Positions 1-9,059 of a stretch of DNA of 64,000 nucleotides are shown piece after piece. A program made the translations under genes and the position numbers. The notes under the pieces were generated by a model. The model was given only the letters and a program-made list of their open reading frames with translations. It ran no database searches and was not told where the DNA came from. Each line of letters starts with the position of its first letter. Positions within the stretch are counted from its first letter, which is position 1. The stretch spans positions 124,001 to 188,000 of the IMG/VR virus record IMGVR_UViG_3300005337_000441. One strand, written 5' to 3'.

Positions 1-491
1 CTGCGCCGATGGTGCCGGTGATGCATGATCGTCGTGCGCCAGCTCCCGTGGCCGCTCCTGCTCCTGTGATGGCGCCTGAAGTCGTGAAGACCAACGGCGG
101 CCTGGACTTCAACTCGGTCCTGCGCAAGGCTCAAGCCACAGCCGTGGCCTCAGCCTATCCGGGCGGTGTTGTCGTGCCGCAAGGCATGATGATGGTTCCC
201 GTGGGCGGCTTGCCTCCGGGTCTGATGCCGGCTGGTGTGCCGATGGGTTATCCGCAGCAAGGCATGATGCCTCAGGGCATGATGCCTCAAGTGCGTGTTC
301 CGACCTGGGCTCAGCCCTCGCCGGACCAGGTGATGGTGCAGACGCCGCAAGGTCCCATGACGCAAGCCGTGGCCATGCAGTACGGTCTGCAAATCCTGGG
401 CATCATCGGTCCCGTGAATCAAGGCGCTCCGCAAATGACGCCGAGTGGTTACGGCATGCATCCCGTGCCGGGTTGGGCACAAGGCCGTTGA
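1..491 (+). CDS. 3' end of a gene starting before the window; Pro/Gln/Met/Gly low-complexity tail; by synteny possibly PicA/Imp1 (phiKZ gp69-like)
   Basis: Frame is open from the window edge to TGA at 489-491; GMMPQ/VPQG-type repeats; identity inferred only from position two genes upstream of nvRNAP beta. Confidence 0.55.
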   Translation, partial: APMVPVMHDRRAPAPVAAPAPVMAPEVVKTNGGLDFNSVLRKAQATAVASAYPGGVVVPQGMMMVPVGGLPPGLMPAGVPMGYPQQGMMPQGMMPQVRVPTWAQPSPDQVMVQTPQGPMTQAVAMQYGLQILGIIGPVNQGAPQMTPSGYGMHPVPGWAQGR

Positions 492-508
492 TGACGGCAT
501 AGACGGCA

Positions 509-538
509 TAGAGCCTGGGCCCCAAAGCCCAGGCTCTA
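509..538. terminator. Bidirectional hairpin terminator between convergent genes
   Basis: TAGAGCCTGGGC-CCCAAA-GCCCAGGCTCTA perfect 12-bp stem; T-run at about 546-553 on +. Confidence 0.85.
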
Positions 539-558
539 GCCATCTCTTTTTTGAGGTG

Positions 559-885
559 TCAGGGTTTGGTTTGGTAGATGTTTTTCAGCAGATCGATCTC
601 GTCGAGCTTGGGCACCACCACCTGGCTGATGTCGCCGGTGAAGTCCGCGGGACTGAAGAGGTCGTTGACACGCATCACGGCGTAGTGGTAGCGCTTGTCA
701 ATCTTCAGGTCCAAAAGCAAACCGAAGAAGTCGCCCTGGTATTTCACGCATTGCGTGTTGGTGAGTTGGTTCACGACCACGCCATCCAGCGTGCGCAGGT
801 AGGTCAAGTGGTCTTCGATGACCTGCATGAATCCCGCCGAGTAGTAGTCGTCCTCGACAGTGGGGGAAAGTGTATCGATGTCCAT
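559..885 (-). CDS. Small conserved-type protein, possible LysM/T4 gp53-like baseplate wedge fold (phiKZ gp70 position)
   Basis: Start MDIDTLSP with AGGAA upstream; YHYAVMRVNDLFSPADF resembles the gp53/LysM helix-N-x-x-x-x-P pattern. Confidence 0.5.
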   Translation of the reverse strand: MDIDTLSPTVEDDYYSAGFMQVIEDHLTYLRTLDGVVVNQLTNTQCVKYQGDFFGLLLDLKIDKRYHYAVMRVNDLFSPADFTGDISQVVVPKLDEIDLLKNIYQTKP

Positions 886-911
886 GGAACGGTTCCTAAA
901 TTGTTGCTGGC

Positions 912-922
912 CACATATACTT
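912..922 (+). promoter_or_regulatory. Putative phage promoter motif CACATATACTT upstream of nvRNAP beta
   Basis: Exact 11-mer also at 15840-15850 and 56393-56403, each upstream of a + strand gene run. Confidence 0.55.
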
Positions 923-1000
923 TCTATGTAGACCCTGATCATCCGATTAGCCGGATGGTTGTAAAAGCCAATCTGAATTGAAGTAAAGAGAGATCCTTCA

Positions 1001-3106
1001 ATGTCGCAAGTTAATGAACTTCGTCCGGAGTTTTGCGGTATTCATTCCGTGAACTTCTTCCCCGCAGGGGACTCCGGTAGCCGTGCCGTCATGTTCGGCG
1101 GCCATTTCTCTCAACGTCTGATCCTGGAGCACTCCACCCCGCAGCGCATTCAAACCGGTGTTGCCCAAGAGCTGGGCAAGTTCACGTTCGGCATCAAGAT
1201 GCCCGAGAACGGCCGCATCATCAAGATCCTGCAACGCTATCCGGCGGGCGTGTCCATCGATTCGCTGGACTACAACCCCGAAACCCTGGTCATCTACGAG
1301 ATCGACGAGACGCACGTCATCGACTGCTTCACGATCCCCAACTTCCAGAGCTTCCACCAGACTTTCGGCTACCGGCTCGTCTTCAAGGACGCGATGAGCC
1401 TGTTGCGACCCAATGCCTTCATCGGCAAGGGCACGGTCTTTGCTGACAGCCCTGGCGTCGGTGACAACCAGAACTACATGTTCGGTGTCGAGCTGGAAAC
1501 TGCCTTCATGTCGCTGCCTGCGACCGCTGAGGACGGCATCATCATCTCGGAAGACGCGCTGCCGAAGCTGAAGTTCCACACCTTCGAAACCCGCAAGGTC
1601 AACTTCGGGGCCAACCAGTTCCCGCTGAACCTGTACGGGACGCTGGAACACTACAAGCCCTTCCCCGATATCGGTGAGCAAATCCGTGAAGACGGCCTGC
1701 TCATGATGTTCCGCTCCTACGACAGCGACCTGGCTCCTGTCGAGATGAGCATCTACGACACGATGGAGCCGGACTTCTACTTCGACACCGCCCTGTACAC
1801 CAAGCCGGGCAAGGGTCGCATCGTGGACATCCAGGTCATCTCCAACAACAACCCCAACCGTCAGCTCCCCGAGCTCATGGCCACTCAGCTGCGCAAGTAC
1901 GAGCGGGCCAAGGTGCGGTTCCACCAGGAGATTGTCGACACCGAGAAGGCGCTGCGTGCCGCGCACAAGAAGAAGTTCGGCACCAACAAGCTCTCGATCA
2001 CGCCACGCTTTCACCGTCTGGTGGAAGAAAGCATGGCCATCGTCAACCATCCGCTTCCCGGAGACAAGCAACGCCACAGCCTACAACTGCTGGAGCGCAA
2101 AGAACCGCTGGACGAATTCCGCATCGAGTTCACGATCGAGTACGAGGTGATCCCAGGCATCGGCAACAAGATGACCGACACCCACGGCGGCAAGGGCGTG
2201 ATCTGCAAGATCGAGAAGGCTGAAAACATGCCTGTCGACGCTGCAGGCAACCGCGCCGAGATCGTCATGGACCCTATCGCCACGCTCAACCGCATGAACG
2301 AGGGCCGAAGCTACGAGCACTTCCACAGCGGTGCCGCACGCGACGTCTCCGTTGAGGTGCGCCGCCAGCTCGGCGTGGGCAAGGGTATCTCGATGGAGCG
2401 ACTGGAGCTCATGGATCCGGACTTGGTGATCAACGCACACCAGTTCCTCCTGCGCTACTACGATCTGATCTCGACCAAGCAGTACGAGTTCTTCCGGGAT
2501 CTTCCCAAGGAGAAGAAGTACGAGCATGTCCTGAACGTCGTCAACGAAGGCATCTTCCCGTTCATCCCGGTGGACAACGACAAGGATCCGATCGAGATGG
2601 TCAAGAACGTGAACCGGGTGTTCAATCCGGTCTACGGTCCCGTGTCCTATGTCGGTAACTCCGGCGTGAGGCACACGACTGTCGAGAGGAGTCGCATTGC
2701 GCCGATGTACTTCATGCTGCTGGACAAGACTGCCACGGAATGGTCTTCGACCGCGACGGGCAAGCTCCAGCACTTCGGTGTGCTCACGACGATGACCAAG
2801 TCGGAGAAGTTCTCGCTACCCTTCCGCAACAACCCGACGCGCACCATCGGCGAGTCGGAAGCACGGATCTACGATGCGGTGACGGAACCCTACGTCGTCG
2901 CTGAGCTGCTGGATCGTTCCAACAATCCTGCGGCTCAGAAAAACATCGTCTGGAACCTGCTCAACGCGTTGCAGCCGGGCAACATCGACAACATCGTCGA
3001 TCGCAACTTCATTCCGTACGGCAATTCGCGCTCCCTCCAGAACGTCAAACACATCTTCAACTGCGCGGGGTTCACCACTAGCTGGACCCCTGAGAAGCTC
3101 AAGTAA
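1001..3106 (+). CDS. rpoB: Non-virion RNA polymerase beta subunit, C-terminal part (phiKZ gp71-73-like)
   Basis: GNKMTDTHGGKGVI matches beta GDKxxGRHGNKGV; EDGIIISE, RAEIVMDP..RMN.G and TIGESE motifs of beta. Confidence 0.92.
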   Translation: MSQVNELRPEFCGIHSVNFFPAGDSGSRAVMFGGHFSQRLILEHSTPQRIQTGVAQELGKFTFGIKMPENGRIIKILQRYPAGVSIDSLDYNPETLVIYEIDETHVIDCFTIPNFQSFHQTFGYRLVFKDAMSLLRPNAFIGKGTVFADSPGVGDNQNYMFGVELETAFMSLPATAEDGIIISEDALPKLKFHTFETRKVNFGANQFPLNLYGTLEHYKPFPDIGEQIREDGLLMMFRSYDSDLAPVEMSIYDTMEPDFYFDTALYTKPGKGRIVDIQVISNNNPNRQLPELMATQLRKYERAKVRFHQEIVDTEKALRAAHKKKFGTNKLSITPRFHRLVEESMAIVNHPLPGDKQRHSLQLLERKEPLDEFRIEFTIEYEVIPGIGNKMTDTHGGKGVICKIEKAENMPVDAAGNRAEIVMDPIATLNRMNEGRSYEHFHSGAARDVSVEVRRQLGVGKGISMERLELMDPDLVINAHQFLLRYYDLISTKQYEFFRDLPKEKKYEHVLNVVNEGIFPFIPVDNDKDPIEMVKNVNRVFNPVYGPVSYVGNSGVRHTTVERSRIAPMYFMLLDKTATEWSSTATGKLQHFGVLTTMTKSEKFSLPFRNNPTRTIGESEARIYDAVTEPYVVAELLDRSNNPAAQKNIVWNLLNALQPGNIDNIVDRNFIPYGNSRSLQNVKHIFNCAGFTTSWTPEKLK

Positions 3107-3122
3107 AGCGGAAACCCAACCC

Positions 3123-5159
3123 ATGCTCAAACTCCATGTGCGGGACCTCGTCCCGCTGGATCCGCAAGAAGTGGCAACCCGGCTGCTTCACGAGGAGGAG
3201 ATCTACCTCACCTTTGATGACGGTGAGGAGATCAAAACCAACGGGCGTCGGACGTTCTACTCGTCGTATGCGTGGGAGTTTCATCGGCAGTACCCCGGGG
3301 TGCCGCTGACGAAGTCCCACCATGTCGACTTTGTGCTGGGTGGCAAGCCACTCAACGCGTCCACGCACATCCAGCTGCTGGAGAACATCAGCAAGGATGT
3401 GATCTTTGTGCACCAGCTGTTCTTGCCGGAGCAAAAGGAAAACGTTCTCTCGCTGATCTATTCGGCCACGAACCGCATCCACAACGAAGTCACGCAGTTC
3501 GCCGAAGGGCACGTGACAACGATCGACCTGTTGGACTTCATCGAAGTCGTGGATCATCCTGCCATCAAGGCGGCGATTGCAGAGCTGCCCAAGAACGTCC
3601 ATTCCAAGGACCCGGCCATCTCTCGCGTCTACGACAACGTCCTGAAGATCATCCAAACCCATGCGGACTTCGCCCAGAACAATCTGGCGCGGGCTGTGCG
3701 GGCCAAGATCGTCAACAACAACCAGGTCTTGCAGTGCGTGGCGTTCCGGGGTTTCCCCTCGGAAGTGGACGGCAAAGTGCTCAACGAGCCGATCCTGTCG
3801 AACTTCACGGTCGGCAACGTTCGGCTCTACGACTACGTGGCTGAGTCCCGTTCGGCGGCAAAGTCGCACTACTTTGCTGAAGCACCGCTGGAAAAGGCCG
3901 AGTACTTCTCACGCCGACTGCAGTTGCTCACGATGGTGATCGAGCGGATCCATTACAAGGATTGCGGTTCGCAGCGCTACGTGAACTGGATCATGCGTCC
4001 GCCCGAGCTCGACGACACGGGCAAGGTCTTGTACCCTGGTGACCTGAAGTTCATGGTCGGCAAGTACTACTTGGGTGAGGACGACACGACGCTCAAGGAG
4101 ATCAAGGGCGACGAGACGTACCTCTACAACAAGATGATCCGCATGCGCTCGGTGCTCATGTGCGAAGATCCGGACCCGCATGCAATCTGCTCCACGTGCT
4201 TTGGCGCTCTCTCGCAGAACGTCAGCAAGTATGTGAACATCGGTCACCTCTGCGCGGCCACGATGACCCAGCAGACCTCGCAGTCGGTGCTCTCGACCAA
4301 GCACTTGGACTCCTCCAGTCGCTCCACCGACATCGTCTTGAACGAGTTCACGAGCCGCTACTTCACAACCACGCCCTCCAAGAGTGCCTACCTGGTGCGC
4401 AAGGAGTTCCGCAACAAGGACGTCAAGTTCATCATCAACCGAGACCAAGCAGTCGGTCTCGCAGACGTGATGGCCCTGGAAAACCTGGACAGCCTCTCGC
4501 TCACCCGCATCAGCTCGATCGCCGAGATCGACTTCCAGTTCACGGAGAAGGACGGTGGAGAAATTCACACCATCCCCGTGCGTCTGGAGCAGGACAAGCG
4601 CAAGGCCGTCTTCACGATGGAGTTCCTGAAGCACCTCAAGCGCAACCGCTGGCAGACCGACAACCGCGGCAATTTCGTGTTCGACCTGAAGGACTGGAAC
4701 TTCAACGTTCCGCCCCTGATGCTCCCGGACATGGAGTACAGCTTCTCGGATCACTCCGAGGAGATCGCCTCGATGATCGAGTCCTCGGTGGAAAACATCA
4801 CCGAGCGCTCCAAGCCCAACTCTCCCGCAACGACCTTGCAGGAGCTTTTCGCCAAGGTCAACGGCAAGCTGAGCGTTAACGTCGCGTTGCTTGAAGTGAT
4901 TCTGGCCGCGGTGATGATCCCTGAGCAAGGTTCCTACGGAATCGGGCGCGGGAATCCCAACGCGGTGCTGGGCGTGGCAGGGCAACTCATTAAGAATCGG
5001 TCGCTGTCCAATGCGTACGCGTTCCAAGATCAGCTGGAAACCATTCTCGCTCCGAAGAACTTCTTCGTCGAGGGTCGTCCCGACTCGGTCTTTGACGTGT
5101 TCATCGCCCCGGACCTGGTCGTGGCTTACCAAGAGCAGCGCAAGCAGCTGAAAAGTTAA
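3123..5159 (+). CDS. rpoC: Non-virion RNA polymerase beta' subunit, C-terminal part (phiKZ gp74-like)
   Basis: Zn-site DCGS...RSVLMC...ICSTCFG and trigger-loop-like GHLCAATMTQQTSQSVLSTKH. Confidence 0.9.
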   Translation: MLKLHVRDLVPLDPQEVATRLLHEEEIYLTFDDGEEIKTNGRRTFYSSYAWEFHRQYPGVPLTKSHHVDFVLGGKPLNASTHIQLLENISKDVIFVHQLFLPEQKENVLSLIYSATNRIHNEVTQFAEGHVTTIDLLDFIEVVDHPAIKAAIAELPKNVHSKDPAISRVYDNVLKIIQTHADFAQNNLARAVRAKIVNNNQVLQCVAFRGFPSEVDGKVLNEPILSNFTVGNVRLYDYVAESRSAAKSHYFAEAPLEKAEYFSRRLQLLTMVIERIHYKDCGSQRYVNWIMRPPELDDTGKVLYPGDLKFMVGKYYLGEDDTTLKEIKGDETYLYNKMIRMRSVLMCEDPDPHAICSTCFGALSQNVSKYVNIGHLCAATMTQQTSQSVLSTKHLDSSSRSTDIVLNEFTSRYFTTTPSKSAYLVRKEFRNKDVKFIINRDQAVGLADVMALENLDSLSLTRISSIAEIDFQFTEKDGGEIHTIPVRLEQDKRKAVFTMEFLKHLKRNRWQTDNRGNFVFDLKDWNFNVPPLMLPDMEYSFSDHSEEIASMIESSVENITERSKPNSPATTLQELFAKVNGKLSVNVALLEVILAAVMIPEQGSYGIGRGNPNAVLGVAGQLIKNRSLSNAYAFQDQLETILAPKNFFVEGRPDSVFDVFIAPDLVVAYQEQRKQLKS

Positions 5160-5163
5160 GTAA

Positions 5164-5188
5164 GGAGGGGAGGGTTAACCTCCTCTCC
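5164..5188. terminator. Hairpin between beta' and helicase genes (terminator or processing site)
   Basis: GGAGGGGAGG-GTTAA-CCTCCTCTCC; no U-tract directly after. Confidence 0.45.
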
Positions 5189-5210
5189 TCCTGAATACCA
5201 CTTCTCTTTT

Positions 5211-6779
5211 ATGACGGCTGTCCATTTTGACCCCATGTGCCGGATAGACATCTATTCGCACTTCTTCACGATCACCAAATACACGCCCCGCATTGCGGGC
5301 ATCGTTTACAAGTTCTCCTGGAAGTACACCCAATCCGACTTCTCCCGTGGCAATGGTCGCGGTGGTCCGGTCGAGAAAGTACCCGGCAGAACTTACGGTG
5401 TTTACAACAAGTTCCTGATGGAGTTCCGGTTTCACATCGGACAACTCAAGGAAATGATGGAGCTCTTCTCTCGGGAGATGATCGAGCCCCATCTGTACGA
5501 ATGGCATGTGCACGAGCTCTATGAGCCCGCCACGATGGCAGTCTTGCCCAACGAAGCGTACAACCCGTACGACTACCAGTTGCGTGCGATCGACTTCATC
5601 TTGGCGCCCGATGAGGAAGGAGATCTTCGGACTCGCTTCATCGCCATGCCCACGGGAACAGGCAAATCCCTGACCGCTGTAAGGTCTACTACCGATGAGC
5701 GCTGCCGCACCCGCACGCTCATCTGCATGCAAGCCAAGTACCTGAAGAAGTGGCCCCGTGACGTCACGGAGTACACAACTGTCAGTGGTAAGCGCGTGGT
5801 GGTCCTGAAGGGTTCCAAGGAAATCCGCGCTGTCATCAGCATTGCGCGTGATGGTGACGTGCCTTACGACTACATCCTGGTCTCCATGACCACGATGCTC
5901 AACTACATCAAGGACTTCGAGGACAACCCGGAGTTGTGCCTGGAGATGTATGGACTGCATCCCCAGAAGTTCTGCGAACTCCTAGGAATCGGCCAAGTCA
6001 TCGTGGACGAAGCACATGAGAACCTGCACGGCGTGTACCGCCTGATGGTTTATACGCATGTGCCTAAATTCATTGGCCTGTCTGGCAGCCTCTTGCACTT
6101 GGATCCCTTCATCGAACGCATGCAACACATGATGTTCCCGAAGGAGATGCGGTTCAACGAGATCAAGATGAAGAAGTACATTCAGGCGTACGCAATCGCG
6201 TACTCCTTCAATGACTTCGAGGGATCGAAGATCCGTACCCAGGAGTATGGCTCCAGCACCTACTCACAAACCGCATTCGAGCAATCGATCCTGAAAAAGA
6301 AAGATCTCCTCCAGAAGTACATGGAGATGATCGACTACAACGTAGAGTTCGCTTACCTGAGGGACTATCAACCTGGGGACAAGCTGGTCATTTACGCGGG
6401 TCGCATCGAGATGTGCACGGCAATCGCCGCGTACTTCAAGAAACGCTATCCCAAGCTCGACGTGCGCCGCTACGCAGACGGTGACCCGTACGAGAACCTC
6501 CTGGATGCCGACATCCGGGTGACGACCATCCTCTCCGGCGGCACGGCTCACGACATCCCGAACCTTCGCGTGGTGATCATGACCAATGCCATCCAGTCGG
6601 CTCAGGCCAACATCCAGGTGCTCGGGCGCCTGCGTGAACTCAAAGACCGAGATGTCAAGTTCGTCTACCTCTACTGCGAACAGGTCAAACGCCACGTGGA
6701 CTACCACCACCAGCGCAAAGATCTGTTCAAAGAACGGGTGGCAGGCATCAAAGACTACCGTTGTCCAGTCCTTGTGTAA
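5211..6779 (+). CDS. Superfamily 2 DExH helicase (phiKZ gp75-like)
   Basis: Walker A PTGTGKS, motif II VDEAH, GLSGS motif III, QVLGRLR motif VI. Confidence 0.9.
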   Translation: MTAVHFDPMCRIDIYSHFFTITKYTPRIAGIVYKFSWKYTQSDFSRGNGRGGPVEKVPGRTYGVYNKFLMEFRFHIGQLKEMMELFSREMIEPHLYEWHVHELYEPATMAVLPNEAYNPYDYQLRAIDFILAPDEEGDLRTRFIAMPTGTGKSLTAVRSTTDERCRTRTLICMQAKYLKKWPRDVTEYTTVSGKRVVVLKGSKEIRAVISIARDGDVPYDYILVSMTTMLNYIKDFEDNPELCLEMYGLHPQKFCELLGIGQVIVDEAHENLHGVYRLMVYTHVPKFIGLSGSLLHLDPFIERMQHMMFPKEMRFNEIKMKKYIQAYAIAYSFNDFEGSKIRTQEYGSSTYSQTAFEQSILKKKDLLQKYMEMIDYNVEFAYLRDYQPGDKLVIYAGRIEMCTAIAAYFKKRYPKLDVRRYADGDPYENLLDADIRVTTILSGGTAHDIPNLRVVIMTNAIQSAQANIQVLGRLRELKDRDVKFVYLYCEQVKRHVDYHHQRKDLFKERVAGIKDYRCPVLV

Positions 6780-6788
6780 CTGCTAGGC

Positions 6789-6842
6789 CAGAGTGAGGAG
6801 GGGTGATCCCCTCCTCACTCTGTGCTGTGCTTGTCTTTTTTT
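6789..6842 (+). terminator. Intrinsic terminator after helicase
   Basis: CAGAGTGAGGAGGGG-TGAT-CCCCTCCTCACTCTG followed by TGCTGTG and a T-run. Confidence 0.85.
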
Positions 6843-6845
6843 GAC

Positions 6846-6860
6846 CATACATACATTACT
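6846..6860 (+). promoter_or_regulatory. Putative early-type promoter (TACATTAC)
   Basis: TACATTAC at 6852-6859 is one mismatch from the phiKZ early TATATTAC motif; AT-rich gap before an accessory gene run. Confidence 0.45.
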
Positions 6861-6942
6861 TGAGGCCGTGGATAACTCGAACAAAATACAGTACTTGCAG
6901 TGTTCTCCCTGAAATTCCGTGACTGCCATAGAGGAGCAAACC

Positions 6943-7281
6943 GTGGCAACAAGTCCGCAGCATGTGGGTTACGAGATTGATTACGACAAAGTCAATGAAC
7001 TTGAAAAGTGGGTAGATGGCTGCCTACAGAAAGCTTACCGGCCTAGAGACAAAATCATCGAGACTTACGTCTATGCGAAAACAGGGTGTTACTTAAACCA
7101 GCAAGAGCAAGAAGTGTTTCGAATCCGCTACATCAACAGAGGCTGGCATGTGGTGACAGTTTCCTGCGTGAAGTCCATGTGCGGACCTCCCAAAGACGAC
7201 TCAACGTACGAAGACGGCTACGACATATACGTGTCCTTGTCGTACGACCGAGATACATTCGTTCGACCCAATCGGTACTAA
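6943..7281 (+). CDS. Hypothetical protein
   Basis: GAGGAG RBS at 6931-6936 before in-frame GTG. Confidence 0.7.
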   Translation: MATSPQHVGYEIDYDKVNELEKWVDGCLQKAYRPRDKIIETYVYAKTGCYLNQQEQEVFRIRYINRGWHVVTVSCVKSMCGPPKDDSTYEDGYDIYVSLSYDRDTFVRPNRY

Positions 7282-7292
7282 AGGAGACCAAT

Positions 7293-7934
7293 GTGACCGA
7301 AAGTGATTCCGTTCAAGAAGATTTCAGCAACCCCAACAACGTCGTGCAGCAACATGGTTACGCCCTGCACGTCATGATGGGGATGACGCGACGCTACTTC
7401 AGTGCGCTTCTCCAACTCAATGAGTCCACGGACTTCAAGGATCCTGCCACCATCATGTTCATGGAGCGCATGGGTGGGATCGATCACATCTACTCGTTCA
7501 TCCGCATTGCCGAGCAGATCGATCTGGACAAGTTCTACCCTGATCTGATCGAGAAGGTGCGGGCTCTCATCAAGAAGCTCCAAGAGCAAGGCATCGTGCA
7601 GAACAAAGCAGCTCCGGCTGCGGACTTCTTCATGACGCCGGGCAAGACTCATATCGAAGACTGGGCACACGAATGTCACTACAACGACGCGGACAACGTC
7701 CGCTACGCGAAGTGGTGGTTTGTTCAGGTCGGCATGCCGGCCACGATGGCCCTGTACTTTGCCAAGGTGATGAAGCCGTTTCACCTGTATACGACTTACC
7801 AAGGCAAGCGTTTTCGCGTGACCGGATGCTCTCGCCTGGGAGATGTGTGGTTGCGGGCCGATCACAGCAAGGCCGAAGGCTACGACCATCGCATCTATGT
7901 CGACGACTGCTCAGATTGGAGTGACACCCCATGA
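7293..7934 (+). CDS. Hypothetical protein, two-domain; C-terminal RVTGCSRLGDVWL domain
   Basis: AAGGAG RBS then GTG; coding-like codon bias. Confidence 0.75.
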   Translation: MTESDSVQEDFSNPNNVVQQHGYALHVMMGMTRRYFSALLQLNESTDFKDPATIMFMERMGGIDHIYSFIRIAEQIDLDKFYPDLIEKVRALIKKLQEQGIVQNKAAPAADFFMTPGKTHIEDWAHECHYNDADNVRYAKWWFVQVGMPATMALYFAKVMKPFHLYTTYQGKRFRVTGCSRLGDVWLRADHSKAEGYDHRIYVDDCSDWSDTP

Positions 7935-8473
7935 TCCATTCCAGTATGTTGCTGCTGCTCATGAACGGTTGCCAGATCCGCTGTGAGCCCATTGTCGTGC
8001 ACGGCAGTGTTTTGCATCGCGGCATGACGCTGGAGTATCGGTTCACCAAGGAGACGTTTGATCACCTGATCGATCGTCCCAAGGAGATGAGTTTCTTCAT
8101 CGCGGAGAAGCTCTCGGACAAGATTCTGCCGATGCTTGAAGTCTGCCAGCAGTCCAGGATCGTTGATCGTCCCGAGCGTGTGGATCAATCCGTGGCTCAA
8201 TTGAGCACCGCGATGCTCTCCGTCATCTCTGGGATCATCATCGATTACCGCAAGGTCATCAATGAGCTTGAGAGTTGTGTGACGGCTAACCAGGCATATT
8301 TCGGAAAGTTCTTGGTCCGAATGCCGGACCCCAACGCCGTTCACATGAGTCTCACGTTCCAACTCATCGTCAACAGTCACGAACTTCACATCAAAGGTGA
8401 ACTCTCAGCGCACGACGAAGCCGAGTACATCAGCTTCAACGTGATCAACGAACGCGTAGCAATTCGTTACTGA
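7931..8473 (+). CDS. Hypothetical protein
   Basis: ATGA overlap with upstream stop; ends at terminator. Confidence 0.7.
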   Translation: MIHSSMLLLLMNGCQIRCEPIVVHGSVLHRGMTLEYRFTKETFDHLIDRPKEMSFFIAEKLSDKILPMLEVCQQSRIVDRPERVDQSVAQLSTAMLSVISGIIIDYRKVINELESCVTANQAYFGKFLVRMPDPNAVHMSLTFQLIVNSHELHIKGELSAHDEAEYISFNVINERVAIRY

Positions 8474-8491
8474 GCGAGGAGACAGCATAAA

Positions 8492-8526
8492 CCCCCAGGA
8501 GACTCCTTCACGGGAGCTCCTGGGGG
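8492..8526. terminator. Bidirectional hairpin terminator
   Basis: CCCCCAGGAG...CTCCTGGGGG stem between convergent genes. Confidence 0.8.
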
Positions 8527-8567
8527 AATGTGCCATTCTCTTCTCTTCAAGGGAACTTTTTTTGTCA

Positions 8568-9059
8568 TCAAGAAGGCTTACCTTGCGCCGCAGCACCCAG
8601 TGCTTTCTCAATGTCGCGGATGTCATTGCCCTTCTTGGTGATCCATCGCTCTGCTTTCTCGAACATCATTGCGACGATGTCAGTAGGCAGTTCCAGAAAT
8701 TCCACGAAGGTGAGTCCGAAGTACTCACGGACGTTGAGTTGATGGTAGCGGTCCATCAAGTCATCCAGCCTTGAGTCCTGGTTGATGTCCTCCGCATCGT
8801 GGAACGCCACAGATGCCAAAGGGCGGTAACCTTGGGGACTCAAATGGTTGTAGATGCCAAACCGGGTCTCAAAGAGATCCTGCATGGCAATTTTCATGTC
8901 GACAGACTCATCGACTTTCGGCAGTCTACCCAGCGACTCAGAAACGAAGTCATCCCCGTCGATGTAAGCAAGTCTATCTTGCTCCCATGCGAAGCGGATG
9001 TCTCCGATTCTTATCGTGTCGCGATTCTTTCGAGTCTCTGGGTAATCAATCCGAAAAAA
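8568..9059 (-). CDS. Tail/baseplate assembly chaperone-like C-terminal ORF (T4 gp51 / lambda gpT-like); reached by -1 frameshift or from ATG 8897
   Basis: LDDLMDRYHQLNVREYFGLTFVEFLELP resembles gp51/gpT-type helical chaperones; overlaps the upstream ORF across a slippery site. Confidence 0.6.
   Translation of the reverse strand, partial: FFRIDYPETRKNRDTIRIGDIRFAWEQDRLAYIDGDDFVSESLGRLPKVDESVDMKIAMQDLFETRFGIYNHLSPQGYRPLASVAFHDAEDINQDSRLDDLMDRYHQLNVREYFGLTFVEFLELPTDIVAMMFEKAERWITKKGNDIRDIEKALGAAAQGKPS

Noticed and set aside
1001-5159. Intron, homing endonuclease or intein in the RNAP genes (phiKZ gp71-73 is interrupted)
   Set aside because: Both ORFs are continuous with expected motif spacing; no HNH/LAGLIDADG or intein C..HN signatures seen
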